From an uncultured bacterium (lineage in GTDB: Bacteria; Verrucomicrobiota; Verrucomicrobiia; Verrucomicrobiales; DEV007): a stretch of DNA of 64,000 bases. How positions within the stretch are numbered: the first letter of the stretch is position 1; every line of letters begins with the position of its first letter. Under the pieces are notes generated by a model, which was not told the origin of the DNA, did not search any database, and saw only the letters and a list, made by a program, of their open reading frames with translations. Below, piece after piece: positions 57,301 to 64,000 of this stretch. The stretch lies in the NCBI GenBank assembly GCA_963977015.1, contig CAXBMO010000025.1, forward strand, positions 1-64,000. The letters are read 5' to 3'. Position numbers and translations under genes: made by a program.

Positions 57301-59335
57301 TGACTGGGTGGAACTGGAAGGTCCGCACCCTGCCAAAGCTACCACATGGACTCAGCGACGTGAAGTCGAGGACCATGCCAATGCCAAAGTCGGCGGAACC
57401 TACAACGGCTATTACAAAGGAGGTCACGAAAAGGCGAAGACCTTCCTGAAAACCGGCGAGCCTCAGGGCGGGATCACCGATGAGCAGGAGGCCAAGTTTC
57501 GCATTCGTGCGTTTGAAGAGAACGGTCCGACCTTTCGCCGCTACCTCGAAGATCCGCTCACGCAAACCGGTTCCTACCTGACCATCTCCAGCCTGAACAA
57601 GGAAGAGTTCATCGCCCTGCCCCCGGAGCACCCCTCCGGATGGAAGGAAACCAAGCACGTCGTCGAGACACTTCCGCCCGGTGACTACCAACTGCGCTTC
57701 CGCATCGGCGCTGTCAAGGGTACTTCAACGGACCGGCATTTTGTCGATCTCGGCGCGGTTCCCGACAAGGACCAGTTCAACCATATCAGCACCTTCCAAA
57801 TTACCGGAACCACTGACGAACCTCAGACCATCGAGGTGCCCGTGACCTTGACTGCGGACGGCCCTCGCAAGTTCGCGCTCCGCGAAAAGCGCGACCCGAA
57901 GGGCGATCTCAAACAGTACCGTGCCGCGCGGGCGGAAACCGGCGTCGGCCCCAAGCCTGCCTTGTGGATCGACTGGGTTGAGTGGGAGGGCCCGTTCAAG
58001 GCCTCGTCTGACGACTCAACCTTTACCGATTGGTGGGTCAGTCCCCAGACCACTCCGGACGAGTCGGCCCGCGCCCGACAGATTCTCGAGCAATTCGCCT
58101 TCAACGCCTACCGCGGAGCCAGCCCGGAGAGCGATTTCATCGACCGTCTTTCCGGCATCTTCGAGGCGCGCCGTGCCGAGGGAGATCCCTTTGACGTCGC
58201 GATTCGATTACCTCTCAGCGTCATTCTAGCTTCGCCCGGCTTTCTTTATCTCAACGAGCCGGTAAGTAGAGAAGGGTCTCCGCACCCGCCGCAGAAGCCC
58301 GGCAAACGAATCACCCTAACCGACCGCGAACTCGCCGTTCGTCTCGCCTACTTCCTCTGGAGCGCTCCACCCGACAAAGAACTTCTCGACCTCGCCAGTC
58401 GCGGTGAACTTTCCAACTCCGACATCCTCCGGAGCCAAGTCGACCGCCTCATCGCCGATTCCCGCTCCGACGAGTTTGTGGCCGGCTTTCTCCACCAGTG
58501 GCTCGACATGGAACGCCTCGATTTCTTCCAGTTCGATACCACGCTGCATCGCGAATTCGACGAGAGCACCCGCTCGGCCGCTCGGCAGGAAGTCTATCAG
58601 TCCTTCGCTCACCTGCTTCGCGATCCCGAGGGTGGCCGACTCGGAAAAATGCTCAAGAGTGACTACATTTTTGCCAATGGCCTGCTCGCCACTTACTACG
58701 GTATCGACGGCGTTACCGGAGATCAGTTCCAGAAAGTCACGCTTCCCGCCGATTCGCCCCGTGGTGGTTTGTTAGGCATGGCCGCGATCCATGCAATGGG
58801 CAGTGACGGCATTGAATCCAGCCCCGTCGAACGCGGTGCCTGGGTCTTGCGTCATTTGCTCAACGATCCGCCACCACCTGCACCACCGAATGTGCCGCAG
58901 TTGTCGCGCCTCGCCGATCAAGAGCTGACGACTCGCGAAAAACTCGCCGCCCACATGGAAGAAGCTCAGTGCGCCAGTTGCCATCGTAAGATCGACCCGA
59001 TCGGTTTCGGCCTCGAAAATTTCGACGCCGCCGGCAAGTGGCGCACCACCGAAGGGAAAGGCAAACGCGCCCATGAGATCGACCCGGCCGACCAACTCCA
59101 CGACGGCCCCGCTTTCGCCGATTACTTCGAGCTGCGCGATCTCATCGCCGAACGCGAACCTGACTTTGCCCGTGGTTTCACCGAGCACCTCATCGGCTAC
59201 GGCCTGGGGCGTCCGTTCGGGTTTACCGATGAAGATTTAGCCAATGAGATTGTGGCGGCAGCGAAGAAGGAGGATTTCGCAGTGAGTGAATTCATTCGCG
59301 CTCTGGTGCAGAGCGAGCCGTTTCAGAAAAAGTAG
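54356..59335 (+). CDS. PSCyt + DUF1587/1595/1592/1588/1585 protein with four internal tandem repeats (~1659 aa)
   Basis: CLECH, RRLNRREYQNT, LASPGFLY, LAVRLAYFLWS.PPD, SPVERG.W, CASCH.KIDPIGFGLENFD; ATGA overlap with DUF1552 gene. Confidence 0.9.
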   Translation: MRQRREFTISRINRVCSLIIPCWIVCIVAAFSTGSAADEPAAIFPEKHFAFFEKNCLECHDSLTEKGKVNLEEIPFQITTIAEAELWQKVLDSINSGEMPPEDEPQPDNVEKADFLDALANLMVTARKSLADTGGEITMRRLNRREYQNTIEHLLGVKLDVNSLPSDGGAGSFDTVGASQFMSSDQIEQYLKLGRSAIGEWFERRAAMGQETRTFRVEPENTVNVQSRENMAKQEEVQERYLRWKAEVDKAALLPENEKVLAQLREKFKLDDLTDSVRLYQNANLLKGTPDPTKFGFRDANAASFSYQGGYGRTHAYMKQYLEFPNSDRGTYLKLAWAIQRIDVTPKPEDLPPGTYKLRIRAGSVEGSDPSRHFIEVGHPQRVNQVPFGFSSKPIASLQVTGTEEIPEVVETIIEIGADTPREFGIQERVPAESKKTISREFYAYKRENGYGTPPAIWVDWIELEGPLPRNGVVVAKTHRVEVEKTVNVKNLEIIKGQEQKFKEKWLPWKEGVDKAAKDPANQEVMAELRQEHPQLDTEPLRLYENAGRLKGAPDPRKFGFGDPINANAHYRSIRRILDYTKHYAELPHNDRGAYLKLVSGIQRFDVTPDPKDVPPGSYKLRVRAGTVEGSDPSRHFVEIGHPQRRSATSLGFTKLLSTQQISGTIQNPQIIEVDIEIGAATPRDFGVQERQPKSAKLLRKEFDSHKKKNGYGTPPAIWVDWIELEGPIQDADVIMSEVTRVEPEKTVNPANEKEIAEIEDAHARFTEWQKGVDEAVKSPKNQAKIAELRKTEPKINHPQWFYEFADRLEGTPDPKDFGFRDSQKAAASYPPGDRANLAYHKHYAALPHRDRGTYLKVAHGTGRIIVSPEELPLGNYTLRVRAAKVEGSPAGRHFIEVGHPQREIEVRNWGLKGQAISSHQVTGTIENPQVIEIPLEVGTETIKEFAIQEKQPNNGNLKALWDAHNKLKAKNGYGHPPAIWIDWVELEGPHPAKATTWTQRREVEDHANAKVGGTYNGYYKGGHEKAKTFLKTGEPQGGITDEQEAKFRIRAFEENGPTFRRYLEDPLTQTGSYLTISSLNKEEFIALPPEHPSGWKETKHVVETLPPGDYQLRFRIGAVKGTSTDRHFVDLGAVPDKDQFNHISTFQITGTTDEPQTIEVPVTLTADGPRKFALREKRDPKGDLKQYRAARAETGVGPKPALWIDWVEWEGPFKASSDDSTFTDWWVSPQTTPDESARARQILEQFAFNAYRGASPESDFIDRLSGIFEARRAEGDPFDVAIRLPLSVILASPGFLYLNEPVSREGSPHPPQKPGKRITLTDRELAVRLAYFLWSAPPDKELLDLASRGELSNSDILRSQVDRLIADSRSDEFVAGFLHQWLDMERLDFFQFDTTLHREFDESTRSAARQEVYQSFAHLLRDPEGGRLGKMLKSDYIFANGLLATYYGIDGVTGDQFQKVTLPADSPRGGLLGMAAIHAMGSDGIESSPVERGAWVLRHLLNDPPPPAPPNVPQLSRLADQELTTREKLAAHMEEAQCASCHRKIDPIGFGLENFDAAGKWRTTEGKGKRAHEIDPADQLHDGPAFADYFELRDLIAEREPDFARGFTEHLIGYGLGRPFGFTDEDLANEIVAAAKKEDFAVSEFIRALVQSEPFQKK

Positions 59336-59468
59336 ACGTCGCCCCCCCTGATTCTCCAACCTAACACTCCACTAAAAGATGTTCTTCAACTATGAAAAAA
59401 CAACGGAACGCAAACGAGCGGAGTTTTCCCTATACAGGTAGGGCAGTTTTATTTTTATATTTTAAGTG

Positions 59469-60740
59469 ATGCGTAAGTCTTTAGATCAACCGCGAGACTG
59501 CGGCGGAATGCAGCGCCGGACCTTCCTCAAGGGGGCAGGCGTTGCCTTGTTGCTTCCGCGCTTGGAGAGCTTCGGACAGGTCGAGGATCTGTCGCCACGG
59601 CGAATGCTCACGATCGTGAATCACCTCAGCTTCTATCAGCCCGAGCTGATTCCCAAAACCGACGGCCCTTTCGAAAAGCCGCCGGCCCTGCTGGCCAATT
59701 TGTCGGATCACTTTCCGCACCTGAAGATGTACAGCGGAATGAACAACCCTGCCGTTCAAAACGGATTCGGGCACACGCCCTGCGTCGGGATTCTCTCCGG
59801 TTACTTCAACAAGCTGCATCGCAAGAATCGCGTCTCCATCGACCAGGCGATCGCGGATCATATGGGAGACGATACCCGCTTCCGCTCTCTCGTTTTCCAG
59901 GCCGGTGAGAATTTGAATTTCTCCCAGATCTCCTGGGACAAGCACGGCTTGCCGGTGCACCAGCTCGATTCGCCTCGCAAGATCTTCAATCTGCTCTTCG
60001 GAGTGAATGAAAACGAGAAGGTGCAACAGCAGATCCTCGACGAGGATCGCAGCATTCTCGATGCGGTGCTCTCCCAGGCCAAGTCGATGGAGAAGCGGCT
60101 GACTGCGACTGACCGGGAAAAGATGGACGAATATCTCACCTCGGTGCGCGACGCGGAGAAGACCGTGCGCAAGCAGGCCCATTGGTCCGGCCGCCCCAAG
60201 CCGGAGGTGGACTACGATGCGAATGACGAACTCAAACACTTCGACCGCAAATCGGTAGACGACTACGTGGCCACCCTCCTGGACCTGGCCGTCCTCGCCC
60301 TGGAAACCGATTCCACCCGGGCGGTCACAGTGCAGATTCCTTTCTGGGAAGGATTCAAGGAACCGGAGCTGACCGGCAACTACCACGATCTTTCGCATCA
60401 CGGCCAGAAGCCGGACAAAGTCGAGAAACTTTTGAAGATGGAACACGGGATTCTCAATCGCATCAGTGACGCGCTCACGACGATGAAGCAGCGCAAGGCG
60501 GGGAACAGCGTGCTCTTCGATCAAACGACGACGCTGCTGACGGCCTCGATGGGCAGTGCCAACGCCCATAACTTTGATGACCTTCCCGCGCTCGTCTTCG
60601 ATTCACGCGTGAAGACTCCCGGCTTCTCGCGGCGTCAGGACGTGCCGATGAGCAATCTCTACCTCGGCCTCCTGCAACAATTCGGCGCCGAACAGGACCA
60701 GTTCGGCGAAAGCAACAGCGCCTTCGACCTCTTGGCCTGA
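59469..60740 (+). CDS. DUF1552 family protein (Tat)
   Basis: RRTFLKGAGVALLLP.LES, SIDQ, SILDAV, DREKMDEYLTSVR, ALETDSTR, YHDLSHH; start could be 59508. Confidence 0.92.
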   Translation: MRKSLDQPRDCGGMQRRTFLKGAGVALLLPRLESFGQVEDLSPRRMLTIVNHLSFYQPELIPKTDGPFEKPPALLANLSDHFPHLKMYSGMNNPAVQNGFGHTPCVGILSGYFNKLHRKNRVSIDQAIADHMGDDTRFRSLVFQAGENLNFSQISWDKHGLPVHQLDSPRKIFNLLFGVNENEKVQQQILDEDRSILDAVLSQAKSMEKRLTATDREKMDEYLTSVRDAEKTVRKQAHWSGRPKPEVDYDANDELKHFDRKSVDDYVATLLDLAVLALETDSTRAVTVQIPFWEGFKEPELTGNYHDLSHHGQKPDKVEKLLKMEHGILNRISDALTTMKQRKAGNSVLFDQTTTLLTASMGSANAHNFDDLPALVFDSRVKTPGFSRRQDVPMSNLYLGLLQQFGAEQDQFGESNSAFDLLA

Positions 60741-63043
60741 TGCGACCCATCTGGACAGCCATTCTCTTAGTCTGCGCCGCGCCATCGCTGGCACGCGCAG
60801 AACCAGCCCTCGAAACATTCTTCTCCCAACACTGCGTCGAGTGCCACGGACCCGACAAGCAGAAAGGAAAGGTGCGCCTGGACCTGTCAGCCGACGAATT
60901 CTTCGCCACGAGCGAACTGACGGAGACCGTGATCGCCGTGCTCGAAGCGGAAGAGATGCCGCCGGAAGACGAGCCTCAACCCGGCGACGACGAGAGAGCA
61001 CGCGTCGTTGAACTGCTCGAGGGCCGCATCCTCGCCCGTCGTCCTGCCAATCCCCTCAAGCGGCTGACGCAGGCGGAGTACCAGAACACGATCCTGGACC
61101 TCTTCGGCGTCGATTTCGACTTCACCGACCTCCTTCCGTCCGACCAGGTCGAACATGGCTTCGACAAATTTGGCGAGTCGCACCTGATGTCATCCCACCA
61201 GGTTGTGGCCTATCTCAAGACGGCCCGCTTCGTGGCCGAGCGCCTCCTGCCGGATACACAACCCGAGACGAAAACGTGGGAGTTCGACGCGCGACACTTT
61301 CACGGCAGCAAGAATTTCGCGACCGGCGGCGGCGGCGATTTCCGCGATGGAGACGACTATGTCATCACCGGCTTTCGTCCCTACCGCAGCAATCTGCATT
61401 TCTCCATCGATCCAGACAGCCACGACCAGTTTGTCATCCCCGCCTTCGGTGTCTACCGCCTCGAAGTGAAGGCGCGTTCGGAGAAATCCAAGGAGGGTGA
61501 AATCGTCGGCATCAATCTCGGGGATGGGCGCCACCCGACCAGCTTTCGGAATATCCGACGGGTTGCCATGCCTCATGGTTCGCGCGGGTTTACGACCGAG
61601 CTCACCTTGAAGGCAGGCGACAAGCTCGCCTTCACCTTCACCTTCGACAGCGCCCGCGTGCCGGGGAGGAGTCTGGCCAAGAAGCCACACACAGGTCCGG
61701 CGATGCGGTTCTCGCAGGTGAAAGTAACCGGCCCGTTGGTCGAACAGTGGCCCAGCTCCGCGATGCAAGCCGCCCTCCCCCGGCCGGACATGACGCCCGA
61801 GGAACTGGTCGATCACATCGCCCTGCTGCTGACCCAGCGGGCACTGGGGGCGGAGGATCGCAAGGCCTTCGTCGAGATTGCCCGGAGCCGGCACACGTCC
61901 GGTGCCACCCCGACGGCCACAGCTCGATCAGTCTTGATCGCCCTGCTGACCTCGCCGCACTTCCTCTACAAGTCCGAGTCGCCCGAGTTGACAGGAGTGG
62001 AGCTGGCGCATCGCCTTTCCTACTTCCTGTGGAATTCCGTGCCGGATCCCGAATTGCTTGAGGCTGCCTCCTCCGGAGAATTGGCCGGGGATTCAGCGGC
62101 GCAGGTGGAGCGCATGCTGGCCGACGCCAAGGTGGACCGTTTCATCGAGGACTTCACCCGTCAGTGGCTCCAGCGGGACAAGGTGGACGACTTTGGCCCG
62201 GACGTGCGCGTCTACAAGGATGTCCGGAACATGACGGTCGATTCCATGGGGCGGGAGGGTCGTGAGCTCTTTGCCCACCTTCTCAAGAACGACCTGAGCA
62301 TGGAACACTTCATCGATTCGGATTTCGTCATGGCGAACGACCGCCTCGCGCGCTTCTACAAATTGCCACCCGTGAAGGGCGATGAGTTTGTTCCCGTGAC
62401 GCTGCCCGGGGACAGCGAGCGCGGCGGGCTCATTGCCCAGGCCGGTTTTCTGAAGCTCACTTCCACGGATTTCGCGACCTCCCCCATCCATCGCGGAGCC
62501 TGGATTCTGAAGAATCTCTACAACGAGAAGATCGAGCCGCCGGCCGATGTGGTGATCAATGAGCCCGACATCCGGGGTGCCACCACCGTCCGCGAAGCCG
62601 TTCTCAAGCATCAACAGCTCGAGAGCTGCTCCCGCTGTCACTCGAAGATCGACCCCCTCGGTTTCGCCCTCGAATACTACGATCCGGTCGGCCGCAAGCG
62701 GAACCAGTATCGCCACGTCGAAGAACTCCCGGCCGAGGACGAGGGAACTACCTTCACCAAGAAACTCAAATTCAACGAGGTCCCGATTGAGGCAACGATG
62801 GCGCTGCCGAACGGTCGCGAAGTGAGCGACCTGCCCAGCCTCAAGGCCGCCCTGATGGACGACCAGGAACGAATTCTCAAGGGCATCATCAGCAAGCTCA
62901 TCGGCTACGCCATCGGACGTGAGACTGGGGTTGCGGACCGGCCTTATGTGGACGCAGTTTACGAGGCTGCCAAAGCGCGTGAGTATTCGTTGCGCGCCGC
63001 GATCGAGGCGATTGTGGTGCATCCGGAGTTTGGGCGGAAGTGA
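60740..63043 (+). CDS. PSCyt + DUF1587/1592/1588/1585 protein
   Basis: CVECHG, RLT..EYQNT, LTSPHFLY, RLSYFLWNSVPD, SPIHRG.W, CSRCH.KIDPLGFALE. Confidence 0.92.
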   Translation: MRPIWTAILLVCAAPSLARAEPALETFFSQHCVECHGPDKQKGKVRLDLSADEFFATSELTETVIAVLEAEEMPPEDEPQPGDDERARVVELLEGRILARRPANPLKRLTQAEYQNTILDLFGVDFDFTDLLPSDQVEHGFDKFGESHLMSSHQVVAYLKTARFVAERLLPDTQPETKTWEFDARHFHGSKNFATGGGGDFRDGDDYVITGFRPYRSNLHFSIDPDSHDQFVIPAFGVYRLEVKARSEKSKEGEIVGINLGDGRHPTSFRNIRRVAMPHGSRGFTTELTLKAGDKLAFTFTFDSARVPGRSLAKKPHTGPAMRFSQVKVTGPLVEQWPSSAMQAALPRPDMTPEELVDHIALLLTQRALGAEDRKAFVEIARSRHTSGATPTATARSVLIALLTSPHFLYKSESPELTGVELAHRLSYFLWNSVPDPELLEAASSGELAGDSAAQVERMLADAKVDRFIEDFTRQWLQRDKVDDFGPDVRVYKDVRNMTVDSMGREGRELFAHLLKNDLSMEHFIDSDFVMANDRLARFYKLPPVKGDEFVPVTLPGDSERGGLIAQAGFLKLTSTDFATSPIHRGAWILKNLYNEKIEPPADVVINEPDIRGATTVREAVLKHQQLESCSRCHSKIDPLGFALEYYDPVGRKRNQYRHVEELPAEDEGTTFTKKLKFNEVPIEATMALPNGREVSDLPSLKAALMDDQERILKGIISKLIGYAIGRETGVADRPYVDAVYEAAKAREYSLRAAIEAIVVHPEFGRK

Positions 63044-63250
63044 GTGAACAGGGTTGGGTCGGTGGTGTGACCCTGTTGAGTCGCGGTTTGGAAATGCTCA
63101 CTCGTATCCTCTTTTTCTGCTGTTTGCTCGAAAAGCCAATTTTCCAGCGTTTTTCCGTTGCCAGTGCAGCTCAACCGCTGCAAACTAATGGCACTGAGGC
63201 TGGAAAGGTGTCCCCTGCCGAAAACAAGAACAAGCAATCCAAAAATACAA

Positions 63251-63403
63251 ATGAACTACGATCATGCCTGTGTAACTTGGACTCCTGAGGATACTGAGGA
63301 TCTCGGAAAAGACGTCAATGCACCCTCGCAAAAAATGACTGAAAATTCCGACACTTTCAAGAAAGTTAATTCTAATCTTGAGCAAGCTGAAACTCCGAAA
63401 TAA
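63251..63403 (+). CDS. Candidate RiPP precursor peptide (MNYDH-ACVTW..., 50 aa)
   Basis: ATG AAC TAC GAT CAT = MxYxH motif, 55 nt upstream of a P450; an in-frame ATG at 63188 could add a leader. Confidence 0.5.
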   Translation: MNYDHACVTWTPEDTEDLGKDVNAPSQKMTENSDTFKKVNSNLEQAETPK

Positions 63404-63458
63404 CCGATGCGACTGAAACCGTCGCAAAAACGCCGGTGATATTAGTGATAGGTTGACA

Positions 63459-64000
63459 GTGAACCTGCTGTATCGCCCACTATGCCAAGATACAATCAAT
63501 AATCCGTATCCGATCTATGATCGGCTTCGGGCTGAGGAGCCCGTCTATTGGCATGATCAGACGTCGTCCTGGGTTCTTTCTAGATACGACGATTGCCGAT
63601 TTGTGTTGAGTAGCCATGAGCTATTTGCGCGCGATCGCCGTCGAGTTGGAATGCGGCTGCCCGCCAATCAGGACAACTTGCAGGTACAAGATCCGCCCAA
63701 ACATACCGAATTTCGCTCTACCTTGTCGCTAGCCTTTAAGAAGCAGGACTTGCCACAACTGATATCCGCAGCTCGAGTGCGGCTCGAAGATAGCGTCTTC
63801 CGACGAACACATCGAGCGCCATTCGATTTCATGTCTGAAGTGGCCACGGATATTGCCCTTGATATCTCATTGAAACTCATTGGGGCAGATGGGAACAAAC
63901 CTTCGAATTATCATTCCATATTTGAAGAGATCGCCAAGCAGATGGACTCTTCCATCGACCCGAGTAGACGTGGCGGCACGGACGCCACTTCAGCGCTTCG
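63459..64000 (+). CDS. Cytochrome P450, N-terminal ~180 aa (runs off window; absent from ORF track)
   Basis: Open frame from GTG 63459 (or TTG 63453): NPYPIYDRLRAEEPVYW...WVLSRYDDCRFVL...DPPKHTEFR...FDFMSEVA; heme-Cys motif would lie beyond the window. Confidence 0.88.
   Translation, partial: MNLLYRPLCQDTINNPYPIYDRLRAEEPVYWHDQTSSWVLSRYDDCRFVLSSHELFARDRRRVGMRLPANQDNLQVQDPPKHTEFRSTLSLAFKKQDLPQLISAARVRLEDSVFRRTHRAPFDFMSEVATDIALDISLKLIGADGNKPSNYHSIFEEIAKQMDSSIDPSRRGGTDATSAL

Noticed and set aside
63407-63439. Micro-ORF MRLKPSQKRR between the peptide and the P450 as alternative precursor
   Set aside because: No aromatic residues for P450 cross-linking; likely chance
63668-63898. 76-aa minus-strand ORF and 63185-63499
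   Set aside because: Antisense to the P450 and peptide frames

Overview
Bacterial chromosome segment, most likely PVC superphylum (Verrucomicrobiota-like), judged from its PSD/PSCyt, DUF1501, DUF1552 and ECF-FecR gene content. 1-18.9 kb: housekeeping and mixed genes (PocR-AraC regulator, two Gfo/Idh/MocA oxidoreductases, hemL, clpB with a sigma-54-like promoter, a DAC-domain diadenylate cyclase, dusB, trpA). 19-21.9 kb: small AT-richer variable locus with immunity-like genes, an 11-bp tandem repeat and an IS66-type end. 21.9-40.9 kb: ~19-kb minus-strand operon of a PSCyt/DUF1549/DUF1553 protein, DUF1501, two large secreted TPR/beta-repeat proteins (one ~2460 aa), ExbB-ExbD-ExbD, a membrane DUF4159 protein and a TPR protein, i.e. 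an uncharacterised PMF-energised envelope system. 41-63 kb: two back-to-back ECF sigma/anti-sigma pairs heading a DUF1501-PPC-DUF1549-WD40 operon (leftward) and two DUF1552/DUF1592 pairs (rightward), one with a fourfold internal repeat. Most notable: at the right edge, a cytochrome P450 (absent from the ORF track, cut off by the window end) lies just downstream of a 50-aa ORF starting M-N-Y-D-H. This is the MxYxH biarylitide signature but with a long C-terminal extension, a candidate new P450-RiPP locus. All family calls come from motif recognition by eye, not database searches.
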